Shown: positions 29,871-44,693 of the stretch, piece by piece
Layout of the letters: each line of letters opens with the position of its first letter
Position numbering within the stretch: position 1 is the stretch's first letter
The notes under the pieces: model-generated
Seen by the model: the letters and a program-made list of their open reading frames with translations, nothing else
Database searches by the model: none
What the model was told of the DNA's origin: nothing
Assembly: GCA_012295275.1 (NCBI GenBank)
Contig: CM022672.1
Coordinates: 31,310,001-31,374,000 of the forward strand
DNA: 64,000 nt
Direction: 5' to 3'
DNA from: Chrysomallon squamiferum
Taxonomy: Eukaryota > Animalia > Mollusca
Position numbers and translations under genes: made by a program

Positions 29871-30441
29871 AAAATTAATATTCATAAATAGTGACACACA
29901 TACACACAAAAACACAAACACACATATACATAAATATGTGAATGTATGTGCGTTTGTGTGTATATACGACAATTTTTTCAGTAAACAGATAAAGTGTCAC
30001 CAGTACTGATATATTTAAAATGGCTATCAGTAGCAGCAGCTGAATGCCCTGCAGTGTTTCATAAATACACACATATATATATACACACACATACATACAT
30101 ACATACATACACATATATATACACACACACACACATACATACACACAGACATATATATACATATATATATATATATACACACACACATATACCCACACAT
30201 ACATACACATACATATATACACACACACATACACACATACATCCACACACATACATATATATATATATACACACACATACGTATATATATATACACACAC
30301 ACATACATACATATACATAAATATATATATATATATATATACACAAACACATACATACAGACATACATGTACATACATATATAAACACACACACACATAT
30401 ATAGATAATAATATTATTACATATATTTGTCTTTTATTTTT

Positions 30442-30526
<85 letters not shown>

Positions 30527-31284
30527 AACACACATAAACATGTGGACAGAAATGTGTTTCATGATAATTATTATGTATTTGTTATTTGACTTAATTCAAT
30601 TTAATTTTTGTTTTATTTTTAATTTCATTTCCATTAATCAAGTTTAGTTTATTTATTTATTTTAGAGCAAATCTAATCATTATTTTAATTTTTTTTCTAT
30701 TTATTATTTTTTTTTTAGATATTTTTATTTTATTTGATATTATTATTATTGTTTTATTTATTGTTTTTCATCCTATCTTAGTTTGCAGCTGGTGTGATGT
30801 TGGAATGATAATGCATGTTTAAATTATCATGCAACTGAAAAAGTGAACGAAATATTTGATTATAACAAAATGATGATTATTAAAACAGTTATCAAAAAAA
30901 AAAAAAAAATTAAAAAATTAAAAATTCAATAAAAAATACAACGCAAGAATAGCAAAAAAACGGTGGAAGTTTAAAAATTAAATGAAACTAACATCTATAA
31001 GTCTGTCTGTATAAGAAATATACTATGAGATAACAATAAAATATTACTGAATAAAAAATGAAAATAACAACCAATATATGGAAATATGTTTATAAAAGTA
31101 TTTTAATAAAAAAAAAAAAAAAAAAAAAAAACAAACAAACAACAACAACAAACAAAACAAATTGTCATTGGTTCATTTTCTGATCTATGCCAGTGTGAAT
31201 AAAGCGAGAGATAGCTTAATTCATCTACATAATTGTGAGTAACATCAGATAATGTGACTAACAGTAAAGCGACTCACTGTGCTT

Positions 31285-34200
31285 GTCCAGGTCACACTCT
31301 CCGACCTTCGCCAGACAGTGCGGCTGTTACAGTAAAGAGAGGAAGGGTCCTGGTCACACTCTCTGACCTTCGCCAGACAGTGCGACTGTTACAGCAAAGA
31401 CAGGAAGTGTCCTGGTCACACTCTCCGACCTTCGCAAGACAGTGCGACTGTAACAGTAAAGAGAGGAAGTGTCCTGGTCACACTCTCCGACCTTCGCCAG
31501 ACAGTGCGACTGTTACAGCAAAGACAGGAAGTGTCCTGGTCACACTCTCCGACCTTCACCAGAAAGTGTGACTCTTACATTAAGAGATGAAATGTCCTAG
31601 TCACACTTTCCGACCTTCGCCAGACAGTGCGACTGTTACAGTAAAGAGAGGAAGTGTCTTGGTAACACTCTCAGTCCCTTCGCCAGACAGTGGGACTGTT
31701 AGAGCAAAGAGAGGAAGTGTCCTGGTCACAGTCTCCGACCTTCGCCAGACAGTGCGACTGTAACAGTAAAGAGAGGAAGTGTCCTGGTCAAACTCTCCGA
31801 CCTTCGCCAGACAGTGCGACTGTTACAGTAAAAAGAGGAAGTGTCCTGGTCCCACTCTCTGACCTTCGCCAGACATCGCGACTCTTACATTAAGAGAGGA
31901 AGTGTCCGGGTCACACTCTCTGACCTTCACCAGACTGCGGGACTCTTACATTAAGAGAGGAAGTGTCCAGATCGCATTCTCTGACCTTCACCAGACTGCG
32001 GGACTCTTACATTAAGACAGGAAGTGTCCGGGTCACACTCTCTGACCTTCAACAGACTACGGGACTCTTACATTAAGAGAGGAAGTGTCCGGGTCACACT
32101 CTCTGACTTTCACCAGACTGCGGGACTCTTACATTAAGACAGGAAGTGTCCGGGAAACACTCTCTGACCTTCGCCATACAGTGCGACTGTTACAGTAAAG
32201 AGAGGAAGTGTCCTGGTCGCACTGTCCGACGTTCGCCAGACAGTGTGACTCTTGCATTAAGAGAGGAAGTGTCCTGGTCACATTCTCCGACCTTCGCCAG
32301 ACAGTGCGACTGTTACAGAAAAGAGAGGAAGTGTCCGGGTCAAACTCTCCGACCTTCACCAGACAGTGCAACTGTTACATTAAGAGAGGAAGTGACCGAG
32401 ACACAACCTCTGACCTTCACCAGACAGCTGGACTCTTACATTAAGAGGGGAAGTGTCCGAATCACACTCTCTGACCTTCACCAGACAGCGGGACTGTTAC
32501 AGTAAAGAGAGGACGTGTCCTTTTCAGGCTCTCCGACCGTCGCCAGACAGTGCGACTGTAACAGTAAAGAGAGGAATTGTCCTGTTCACGGTCTCTGACC
32601 TTCGCCAGACAGTGCGACTGTTACAGCAAAGTGAGGAAGTGTCCTGGTCACACTTTCCGACCTTCGCTAGACAGTGCGACTGTAACAGTAAAGAGAGGAA
32701 GTGTCCTGGTCACACTCTCCGACCTTCGCCAGACAGTGCGACTGTAACAGTAAAGAGAGGAAGTGTCCTGGTCACACTCTCCGACCTTCACCAGACAGTG
32801 TGACTCTTACATTAAGAGATGAAGAGTCCTAGTCACACTCTTCGACCTTCGCCAGACAGTGCGACTGTTACAGTAAATAGAGGAAGTGTCCTGGTCGCAC
32901 ACTTCGACCTTCGGCAGACAGTGCGACTGTTACAGTAAAGAGAGGAAGTGTCTTGGTCACACTCGCAGTCCCTTCGCGAGACAGTGGGACTGTTAGAGCA
33001 AAGAGAGGAAGTGTCCTGGTCACAGTCTCCGACCTTCGCCAGACAGTGCGACTGTAACAGTAAAGAGAGGAAGTGTCCTGGTCAAACTCTCCGACCTTCG
33101 CCAGACAGTGCGACTGTTACAGTAAAGAGAGGAAGTGTCCTGGTCCCACTCTCTGACCTTCGCCAGACATCGCGACTCTTACATTAAGAGAGGAAGTGTC
33201 CGGGTCACACTCTCTGACCTTCACCAGACTGCGGGACTCTTACATTAAGAGAGGAAGTGTCCAGATCGCATTCTCTGACCTTCACCAGACTGCGGGACTC
33301 TTACATTAAGACAGGAAGTGTCCGGGTCACACTCTCTGACCTTCACCAGACTACGGGACTCTTACATTAAGAGAGGAAGTGTCCGGGTCACACTCTGACC
33401 TTCACCAGATTGCGGGACTCTTACATTAAGACAGGAAGTGTCCGGGACACACTCTCTGACCTTCGCCATACAGTGCGACTGTTACAGTAAAGAGAGGAAG
33501 TGTCCTGGTCCCACTCTCTGACCTTCGCCAGACATCGCGACTCTTACATTAAGAGAGGAAGTGTCCGGGTCACACTCTCTGACCTTCACCAGACTGCGGG
33601 ACTCTTACATTAAGAGAGGAAGTGTCCAGATCGCATTCTCTGACCTTCACCAGAAGGCGGGACTCTTACATTAAGAGAGGAAGTGTCCGGGTCACACTCT
33701 CTGACTTTCACCAGACTGCGGGACTCTTACATTAAGACAGGAAGTGTCCGGGACACACTCTCTGACCTTCGCCATACAGTGCGACTGTTACAGTGAAGAG
33801 AGGAAGTGTCCTGGTCGCACTCTCCGACCTTCGCCAGACAGTGTGACTCTTGCATTAAGAGAGGAAGTGTCCTGGTCACATTCTCCGACCTTCGCCAGAC
33901 AGTGCGACTGTTACAGTAAAGAGAGGAAGTGTCCGGGTCAAACTCTCCGACCTTCACCAGACAGTGCAACTGTTACATTAAGAGAGGAAGTGACCGAGAC
34001 ACAACCTCTGACCTTCACCAGACAGCTGGACTCTTACATTAAGAGGGGAAGTGTCCGAATCACACTCTCTGACCTTCACCAGACAGCGGGACTGTTACAG
34101 TAAAGAGAGGACGTGTCCTTTTCAGGCTCTCCGACCGTCGCCAGACAGTGCGACTGTAACAGTAAAGAGAGGAATTGTCCTGTTCACGGTCTCTGACCTT

Positions 34201-37200
34201 CGCCAGACAGTGCGACTGTTACAGCAAAGTGAAGAAGTGTCCTGGTCACACTTTCCGACCTTCGCCAGAGAGTGCGACTGTTACAGCAAAGTGAGGAAGT
34301 GTCCTGGTCACACTTTCCGACCTTCGCTAGACAGTGCGACTGTAACAGTAAAGAGAGGAAGTGTCCTGGTCACACTCTCCGACCTTCGCCAGACAGTGCG
34401 ACTGTAACAGTAAAGAGAGAAAGTGTCCTGGTCACACTCTCCGACCTTCACCAGACAGTGTGACTCTTACATTAAGAGATGAAGAGTCCTAGTCACACTC
34501 TTCGACCTTCGCCAGACAGTGCGACTGTTACAGTAAATAGAGGAAGTGTCCTGGTCGCACACTTCGATCTTCGGCAGACAGTGCGACTGTTACAGTAAAG
34601 AGAGGAAGTGTCTTGGTCACACTCGCAGTCCCTTCGCGAGACAGTGGGACTGTTAGAGCAAAGAGAGGAAGTGTCCTGGTCACAGTCTCCGACCTTCACC
34701 AGACTGCGGGACTCTTACATTAAGAGAGGAAGTGTCCAGATCGCATTCTCTGACCTTCACCAGACTGCGGGACTCTTACATTAAGACAGGAAGTGTCCGG
34801 GTCACACTCTCTGACCTTCACCAGACTACGGGACTCTTACATTAAGAGAGGAAGTGTCCGGGTCACACTCTCTGACCTTCACCAGATTGCGGGACTCTTA
34901 CATTAAGACAGGAAGTGTCCGGGACACACTCTCTGACCTTCGCCAGACAGTACGACTGTTACAGTAAAGAGAGGAAGTGTCCTGGTCCCACTCTCTGACC
35001 TTCGCCAGACAGTGCGACTCTTACATTAAGAGAGGAAGTGTCCGGGTCACACTCTCTGACCTTCACCAGACAGTGGGACTCTTACATTAAGAGAGGAAGT
35101 GTCCAGATCGCATTCTCTGACCTTCACCAGACTGCGGGACTCTTACATTAAGAGAGGAAGTGTCCGGGTCACACTCTCTGACTTTCACCAGACTGCGGGA
35201 CTCTTACATTAAGACAGGAAGTGTCCGGGACACACTCTCTGACCTTCGCCAGACAGTGCGACTGTTACAGTAAAGAGAGGAAGTGTCCTGGTCGCACTCT
35301 CCGACCTTCGCCAGACAGTGTGACTCTTGCATTAAGAGAGGAAGTGTCCTGGTCACATTCTCCGACCTTCGCCAGACAGTGCGACTGTTACAGTAAAGAG
35401 AGGAAGTGTCCGGGTCAAACTCTCCGACCTTCACCAGACAGTGCAACTGTTACATTAAGAGAGGAAGTGTCCGAGACACAACCTCTGACCTTCACCAGAC
35501 AGCTGGACTCTTACATTAAGAGGGAAGTGTCCGAATCACACTCTCTGACCTTCACCAGACACCGGGACTGTTACAGTAAAGAGAGGAAGTGTCCTGTTCA
35601 GGCTCTCCGACCTTCGCCAGACAGTGCGACTGTTACAGTAAAGAGAGGAAGTGTCCTGTTCACGGTCTCTGACCTTCGCCAGACAGTGCGACTGTTACAG
35701 CAAAGAGAGGAAGTGTCCTGGTCACACTCTCCGACCTTCGCCAGACAGTGCGACTGTAACAGTAAAGAGAGGAAGTGTCCTGGTCACACTCTCCGACCTT
35801 CACCAGACAGTGTGACTCTTACATTAAGAGAGGAAGTGTCCTGGTCACACTCTCCGACCTTCGCCAGACAGTGCGACTGTTACAGTAAAGAGAGGAAGTG
35901 TCCTGGTCACACTCTCCGACCTTCGCCAGACAGTGCGACTGTTACAGTAAAGAGAGGAAGTGTCTTGGTCACACTCTCCGACCTTCGCCAGACAGTGGGA
36001 CTGTTACAGTAAAGAGAGGAAGTGTCCTGGTCACACTCTCCGACCTTCGCCAGACAGTGCGACTGTTACAGTAAAGAGAGGAAGTGTCCTGGTCACACTC
36101 TCCGACCTTCGCCAGACAGTGCGACTGTTACAGTAAAGAGAGGAAGTGTCCTGGTCACACTCTCTGACCTTCACCAGACAGTGGGACTCTTACATTAAGA
36201 GAGGAAGTGTCCGGGTCACACTCTCTGACCTTCACCAGACTGCGGGACTCTTACATTAAGAGAGGAAGTGTCCGGGTCACACTCTCTGACCTTCACCAGA
36301 CAGTGGGACTCTTACATTAAGACAGGAAGTGTCCGGGTCACACTCTCTGACCTTCACCAGACAGTGGGACTCTTACATTAAAGAGAGGAAGTGTCTTGGT
36401 CACACTCTCCGACCTTCACCAGACAGTGCGGGACTCTTACATTAAGAGAGGAAGTGTCCTGGTCACACTCTCTGACCTTCGCCAGACAGTGCGACTGTTA
36501 CAGTAAAAGAGGAAGTGTCCTGGTCCCACTCTCTGACCTTCGCCAGACAGTGGGACTCTTACATTAAGAGAGGAAGTGTCCTGGTCACACTCTCTGACCT
36601 TCACCAGACTGTGGGACTCTTACATTAAGAGAGGAAGTGTCCGGGTCACACTCTCTGACCTTCACCAGACAGCGGGACTCTTACATTAAGAGAGGAAGTG
36701 TCCGGGTCACACTCTCTGACCTTCACCAGACTGCGGGACTCTTACATTAAGACAGGAAGTGTCCGGGTCACACTCTCTGACCTTCGCCAGACAGTGCGAC
36801 TGTTACAGTAAAGAGAGGAAGTGTCCTGGTCGCACTCTCCGACCTTCGCCAGACAGTGTGACTCTTACATTAAGAGAGGAAGTGTCCTGGTCACACTCTC
36901 CGACCTTCGCCAGACAGTGCGACTGTTACATAAAGAGAGGAAGTGTCCGGGTCACACTCTCCGACCTTCACCAGACAGTGGGACTGTTACATTAAGAGAG
37001 GAAGTGTCCGAGTCACACTCTCTGACCTTCACCAGACAGTGCTGGACTCTTACATTAAGAGAGGAAGTGTCCTGGTCACACTCTCTGACCTTCACCAGAC
37101 AGTGGGACTGTTACAGTAAAGAGAGGAAGTGTCCTGGTCACACTCTCCGACCTTCGCCAGACAGTGCGACTGTTACAGTAAAGAGAGGAAGTGTCCTGGT

Positions 37201-40200
37201 CACAGTCTCTGACCTTCGCCAGACAGTGCGACTGTTACATAAAGAGAGGAAGTGTCCTGGTCACACTCTCCGACCTTCGCCAGACAGTGCGACTGTTACA
37301 GTAAAGAGAGGAAGTGTCCTGGTCACACTCTCCGACCTTCGCCAGACAGTGGGACTGTTACAGTAAAGAGAGGAAGTGTCCTGGTCACACTCTCCGACCT
37401 TCGCCAGACAGTGTGGGACTCTTACATTAAGAGAGGAAGTGTCCTGGTCACACTCTCCGACCTTCACCAGACAGTGGGACTCTTACATTAAGAGAGGAAG
37501 TGTCCTGGTCACACTCTTCGACCTTCGCCAGACAGTGCGACTGTTACAGTAAAGAGAGGAAGTGTCCTGGTCACACTCTCCGACCTTCAGCAGACAGTGC
37601 GACTGTTACAGTAAAGAGAGGAAGTGTCCTGGTCACACTCTCCGACCTTCGCCAGACAGTGCGACTGTTACAGGAAAGAGAGGAAGTGTCCTGGTCACAC
37701 TCTCCGACCTTCACCAGACAGTGCGACTCTTACATTAAGAGAGGAAGTGTCCGGGTCACACTCTCTGACCTTCACCAGACTGCGGGACTCTTACATTAAG
37801 ACAGGAAGTGTCCTGGTCACACTCTCTGACCTTCACCAGACTGGGACTCTTACATTAAGAGAGGAAGTGTCCGGGTCACACTCTCTGACCTTCACCAGAC
37901 AGTGGGACTCTTACATTAAGAGAGGAAGTGTCCTGGTCACACTCTCCGACCTTCACCAGACAGTGCGACTGTTACAGTAAAGAGAGGAAGTGTCCTGGTC
38001 ACACTCTCTGACCTTCGCCAGACAGTGCGACTCTTACATTAAAGAGAGGAAGTGTCCTGGTCACACTCTCTGACCTTCACCAGACAGGGGGACTCTTACA
38101 TTAAGAGAGGAAGTGTCCGGATCACACTCTCTGACCTTCACCAGACTGCGGGACTCTTACATTAAGAGAGGAAGTGTCCGGGTCACACTCTCTGACCTTC
38201 ACCAGACAGCGGGACTCTTACATTAAGACAGGAAGTGTCCGGGTCACACTCTCTGACCTTCACCAGACAGTGCGACTGTTACAGTAAAGAGAGGAAGTGT
38301 CCTGGTCACACTCTCCGACCTTCGCCAGACAGTGTGACTCTTACATTAAGAGAGGAAGTGTCCTGGTCACACTCTCCGACCTTCGCCAGACAGTGCGACT
38401 GTTACAGTAAAGAGAGGAAGTGTCCTGGTCACACTCTCCGACCTTCACCAGACAGTGTGACTCTTACATTAAGAGAGGAAGTGTCTGGTCACACTCTCTG
38501 ACCTTCACCAGACAGTGGACTCTTACATTAAGAGAGGAAGTGTCCGGGTCACACTCTCTGACCTTCACCAGACAGCGGGACTGTTACAGTAAAGAGAGGA
38601 AGTGTCCTGGTCACACTCTCCGACCTTCGCCAGACAGTGCGACTGTTACAGTAAAGAGAGGAAGTGTCCTGGTCACACTCTCTGACCTTCGCCAGACAGT
38701 GCGACTGTTACAGTAAAGAGAGGAAGTGTCCTGGTCACACTCTCCGACCTTCGCCAGACAGTGCGACTGTTACAGTAAAGAGAGGAAGTGTCCTGGTCAC
38801 ACTCTCCGACCTTCACCAGACAGTGTGACTCTTACATTAAGAGAGGAAGTGTCCTGGTCACACTCTCCGACCTTCGCCAGACAGTGCGACTGTTACAGTA
38901 AAGAGAGGAAGTGTCCTGGTCACACTCTTCGACCTTCACCAGACAGTGCGACTGTTACATTAAAGAGAGGAAGTGTCCGGGTCACACTCTCTGACCTTCA
39001 CCAGAGACAGTGGGACTCTTACAGCAAAGAGAGGAAGTGTCCTGGTCACACTCTCCGACCTTCGCCAGACAGTGCGACTGTTACAGTAAAGAGAGGAAGT
39101 GTCCTGGTCACACTCTCCGACCTTCGCCAGACAGTGCGACTCTTACATTAAGAGAGGAAGTGTCCGGGTCACACTCTCTGACCTTCACCAGACTGCGGGA
39201 CTCTTACATTAAGAGAGGAAGTGTCCGGGTCACACTCTCTGACCTTCACCAGACTGCGGGACTCTTACATTAAGACAGGAAGTGTCCGGGTCACACTCTC
39301 TGACCTTCACCAGACTGTGGGACTCTTACATTAAGAGAGGAAGTGTCCTGGTCACACTCTCTGACCTTCTCCAGACAGTGTGACTCTTACATTAAGAGAG
39401 GAAGTGTCCTGGTCACACTCTCCGACCTTCGCCAGACAGTGCGACTGTTACAGTAAAGAGAGGAAGAAGTGTCCTGGTCACACTCTCCGACCTTCACCAG
39501 ACAGTGCGACTCTTACATTAAGAGAGGAAGTGTCCGGGTCACACTCTCTGACCTTCACCAGACAGTGGGACTCTTACATTAAGAGAGGAAGTGTCCGGGT
39601 CACACTCTCTGACCTTCACCAGACTGCGGGACTCTTACATTAAGACAGGAAGTGTCCGGGTCACACTCTCTGACCTTCACCAGACAGTGCGACTGTTACA
39701 GTAAAGAGAGGAAGTGTCCTGGTCACACTCTCCGACCTTCGCCAGACAGTGTGACTCTTACATTAAGAGAGGAAGTGTCCTGGTCACACTCTCCGACCTT
39801 CGCCAGACAGTGCGACTGTTACAGTAAAGAGAGGAAGTGTCCTGGTCACACTCTCCGACCTTCACCAGACAGTGCGACTCTTACATTAAGAGAGGAAGTG
39901 TCCGAGTCACACTCTCTGACCTTCACCAGACTGCGGGACTCTTACATTAAGAGAGGAAGTGTCCTGGTCACACTCTCTGACCTTCACCAGACAGTGGACT
40001 GTTACAGTAAAGAGAGGAAGTGTCCTGGTCACACTCTCCGACCTTCGCCAGACAGTGCGACTGTTACAGTAAAGAGAGGAAGTGTCCTGGTCACACTCTC
40101 CGACCTTCGCCAGACAGTGCGACTGTTACATAAAGAGAGGAAGTGTCCTGGTCACACTCTCCGACCTTCGCCAGACAGTGGGACTGTTACATAAAAAAGA

Positions 40201-43200
40201 GAGGAAGTGTCCTGGTCACACTCTCCGACCTTCACCAGACAGTGTGACTCTTACATTAAGAGAGGAAGTGTCCTGGTCACACTCTCCGACCTTCACCAGA
40301 CAGTGCGACTGTTACAGTAAAGAGAGGAAGTGTCCTGGTCACACTCTCTGACCTTCACCAGACAGTGTGACTCTTACATTAAGAGAGGAAGTGTCCGGGT
40401 CACACTCTCTGACCTTCACCAGACAGCGGGACTCTTACATTAAGAGAGGAAGTGTCCGGGTCACACTCTCTGACCTTCACCAGACAGCGGGACTCTTACA
40501 TTAAGAGAGGAAGTGTCCGGGTCACACTCTCCGACCTTCACCAGACAGTGGGACTGTTACATTAAAGAGAGGAAGTGTCCTGGTCACACTCTCCGACCTT
40601 CACCAGACAGTGGACTGTTACAGTAAAGAGAGGAAGTGTCCTGGTCACACTCTCCGACCTTCACCAGACAGTGCGACTGTTACAGTAAAGAGAGGAAGTG
40701 TCCTGGTCACACTCTCCGACCTTCACCAGACAGCTGGACTGTTACATTAAAGAGAGGAAGTGTCCGGGTCACACTCTCTGACCTTCACCAGACAGTGGGA
40801 CTCTTACATTAAGAGAGGAAGTGTCCTGGTCACACTCTCTGACCTTCACCAGACAGTGGGACTGTTACAGTAAAGAGAGGAAGTGTCCTGGTCACACTCT
40901 CCGACCTTCACCAGACAGTGCGACTGTTACAGTAAAGAGAGGAAGTGTCCTGGTCACACTCTCTGACCTTCACCAGACAGTGCGACTGTTACAGTAAAGA
41001 GAGGAAGTGTCCTGGTCACACTCTCCGACCTTCACCAGACAGTGCGACTGTTACATTAAGAGAGGAAGTGTCCTGGTCACACTCTCCGACCTTCACCAGA
41101 CAGTGGGACTCTTACATTAAGAGAGGAAGTGTCCTGGTCACACTCTCTGACCTTCGCCAGACAGTGCGACTGTTACAGTAAAGAGAGGAAGTGTCCTGGT
41201 CACACTCTCCGACCTTCACCAGACAGTGCGACTCTTACATTAAGAGAGGAAGTGTCCGGGTCACACTCTCTGACCTTCACCAGACAGTGGGACTGTTACA
41301 TTAAGAGAGGAAGTGTCCGGGTCACACTCTCCGACCTTCACCAGACAGTGGGACTCTTACATTAAGAGAGGAAGTGTCCTGGTCACACTCTCGACCTTCA
41401 CCAGACAGTGCGACTGTTACAGTAAAGAGAGGAAGTGTCCTGGTCACACTCTCCGACCTTCACCAGACAGTGGGACTGTTACAGTAAAGAGAGGAAGTGT
41501 CCTGGTCACACTCTCCGACCTTCACCAGACAGTGGGACTCTCTTACATTAAGAGAGGAAGTGTCCGGGTCACACTCTCCGACCTTCACCAGACAGTGGGA
41601 CTCTTACATTAAGAGAGGAAGTGTCCGGGTCACACTCTCTGACCTTCACCAGACTGTGGGACTCTTACATTAAGACAGGAAGTGTCCGGGTCACACTCTC
41701 TGACCTTCACCAGACAGTGGGACTCTTACATTAAGAGAGGAAGTGTCCTGGGTCACACTCTCTGACCTTCACCAGACAGTGCGACTGTTACAGTAAAGAG
41801 AGGAAGTGTCCTGGTCACACTCTCCTGACCTTCACCAGACAGTGGGACTGTTACATTAAAGAGAGGAAGTGTCTTGGTCACACTCTCCGACCTTCACCAG
41901 ACAGTGGGACTGTTACATTAAAGAGAGGAAGTGTCCGGGTCACACTCTCTGACCTTCACCAGACAGTGGGACTGTTACAGTAAAGAGAGGAAGTGTCCTG
42001 GTCACACTCTCCGACCTTCACCAGACAGTGTGACTGTTACAGTAAAGAGAGGAAGTGTCCAGGTCACACTCTCTGACCTTCACCAGACAGCGGGACTGTT
42101 ACAGTAAAGAGAGGAAGTGTCCGGGTCACACTCTCTGACCTTCACCAGACAGCGGGACTCTTACATTAAGAGAGGAAGTGTCCGGGTCACACTCTCTGAC
42201 CTTCACCAGACAGTGGGACTGTTACAGTAAAGAGAGGAAGTGTCCTGGTCACACTCTCCGACCTTCGCCAGACAGTGGGACTGTTACAGTAAAGAGAGGA
42301 AGTGTCCTGGTCACACTCTCCGACCTTCACCAGACAGTGGGACTCTTACATTAAGAGAGGAAGTGTCCTGGTCACACTCTCTGACCTTCACCAGACAGTG
42401 GACTGTTACATTAAGAGAGGAAGTGTCCTGGTCACACTCTCCGACCTTCGCCAGACAGTGGGACTGTTACAGTAAAGAGAGGAAGTGTCCTGGTCACACT
42501 CTCCGACCTTCACCAGACAGTGCGGACTGTTACATAAAGAGAGGAAGTGTCCTGGTCACACTCTCTGACCTTCACCAGACAGTGCGACTGTTACAGTAAA
42601 GAGAGGAAGTGTCCTGGTCACACTCTCTGACCTTCGCCAGACAGTGTGACTCTTACATTAAGAGAGGAAGTGTCCTGGTCACACTCTCTGACCTTCACCA
42701 GACAGTGGGACTGTTACAGTAAAGAGAGGAAGTGTCCTGGTCACACTCTCCGACCTTCGCCAGACAGTGCGACTGTTACAGTAAAGAGAGGAAGTGTCCT
42801 GGTCACACTCTCCGACCTTCACCAGACAGTGCGACTGTTACAGTAAAGAGAGGAAGTGTCCTGGTCACACTCTCCGACCTTCACCAGACAGTGGGACTCT
42901 TACATTAAGAGAGGAAGTGTCCGGGTCACACTCTCTGACCTTCACCAGACTGCGGGACTCTTACATTAAGAGAGGAAGTGTCCGGGTCACACTCTCTGAC
43001 CTTCACCAGACAGCGGGACTGTTACATAAAGAGAGGAAGTGTCCGGGTCACACTCTCTGACCTTCACCAGACTGCGGGACTGTTACAGTAAAGAGAGGAA
43101 GTGTCCTGGTCACACTCTCCGACCTTCACCAGACAGTGCGACTGTTACAGTAAAGAGAGGAAGTGTCCTGGTCACACTCTCCGACCTTCACCAGACAGTG

Positions 43201-44693
43201 CGACTGTTACAGTTAAGAGAGGAAGTGTCCGGGTCACACTCTCTGACCTTCACCAGACAGTGCGACTGTTACAGTAAGAGAGGAAGTGTCCTGGTCACAC
43301 TCTCCGACCTTCACCAGACAGTGGGACTCTTACATTAAGAGAGGAAGTGTCCGGGTCACACTCTCTGACCTTCACCAGACAGTGGGACTGTTACAGTAAA
43401 GAGAGGAAGTGTCCTGGTCACACTCTCCGACCTTCGCCAGACAGTGCGACTGTTACAGTAAGAGAGGAAGTGTCCTGGTCACACTCTCCGACCTTCACCA
43501 GACAGTGCGACTGTTACAGTAAAGAGAGGAAGTGTCCTGGTCACACTCTCCGACCTTCGCCAGACAGTGCGACTGTTACAGTAAAGAGAGGAAGTGTCAT
43601 GGTCACACTCTCCGACCTTCGTCAGACAGTGCGACTGTTATATTAAGAGAGGAAGTGTCCGGGTCACACTCTCCGACCTTCACCAGACAGTGCAAATCTT
43701 ACGTTAAGAGAGGAAGTGTCCTGTTCAGACTGTCCGACCTTCGCCAGACATTGCGACTGTAACAGAAAAGAGAGGAAGTATCCCGGTCACACTCTCCGAC
43801 GTTCACCAGACAGTGCGACTGTAACAGTAAAGAGAGGAAGTGTCCAGTTCACACTCTCTGACCTTCACCAGAGAGCGGGACTGTTACAGTAAAGGTAGGA
43901 AGTGTCCGGGTCACACTCTCTGACCTTCACCAGACAGCGGGACTCTTACATTAAGAGAGGAAGTGTCCGGGTCACACTCTCTGACCTTCACCAGACTTCG
44001 GGACTGTTACAGTAAAGAGAGGAAGTGTCCTGGTCACACTCTCCGACGTTCGCCAGACAGTGCGACTGTTACAGTGAAGAGAGGAAGTGTCCTGGTCACA
44101 CTCTCCGACCTTCGCCAGACAGTGCGACTCTTACATTAAGAGAGGAAGTGTCCGGATCACACTCTCTTACCTTCACCAGACTGCGGGACTCTTACATTAA
44201 GATAGGAAGTGTCCGGGTCACACTCTCTGACCTTCGCCAGACAGTGGGACTGTGACAGTAAAGAGAGGAAGTGTCCTGGTCACTCTCTGACCTTCGCCAG
44301 ACAGTGCGACTGTTACAGTAAAGAGAGGAAGTGTCCTGGTCACACTCTCCGACCTTCACCAGACAGTGCGACTGTTACAGGAAAGAGAGGAAGTGTCTGG
44401 TCGCACTCTCCGACCTTCCCAGACAGTGGGACTCTTACTTTAAAAGAGGAAGTGTCATGGTCACACTCTCCGACCTTCGTCAGACAGTCAGGACTCTTAT
44501 ATTAAGATCGGAAGTGTCCGGGTCACACTCTCCTGACCTTCCCAAGCTGCAGGACTCTTACATTAAGACAGAAAGTGTCCCGGGTCCTCTCTGACTTTCA
44601 GCAATTAGGGCGACTGGTACAATAAAGACAGAAGTGTCCTTGTGGCACTCTCGGACCTTCTCCACACAGTGGGACTCTTACAGTTAAGAGGAG
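31285..44693. repeat. Satellite array, ~13.4 kb, ~218 monomers of two types (62 bp and 61 bp), with higher-order repeats; runs into the assembly gap
   Basis: Type A (62 bp): gactgttacagtaaagagaggaagtgtcctggtcacactctccgaccttcgccagacagtgc, period seen at 36061->36123. Type B (61 bp): gactcttacattaagagaggaagtgtccgggtcacactctctgaccttcaccagactgcgg, period seen at 36185->36246. Confidence 0.97.

Noticed and set aside
31268-31282. Minus-strand gtgagt donor at the satellite edge, suggesting the satellite is spliced to the MSMB-like gene
   Set aside because: A single hexamer within a degenerate edge monomer. It is expected by chance and has no other support.
31285-44693. Dozens of ORFs (CDCYSKERKCPGHTLRPSPDS...) suggesting a Cys/His-rich repeat protein, or a CRISPR-like array
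   Set aside because: Unit lengths of 61 and 62 are not multiples of 3, all frames are interrupted by stops, and there are no unique spacers or cas genes. It is a eukaryotic satellite.
31285-44693. Hammerhead-ribozyme (retrozyme-type) satellite
   Set aside because: I found no CTGATGA...GAAA catalytic core in either monomer on either strand.
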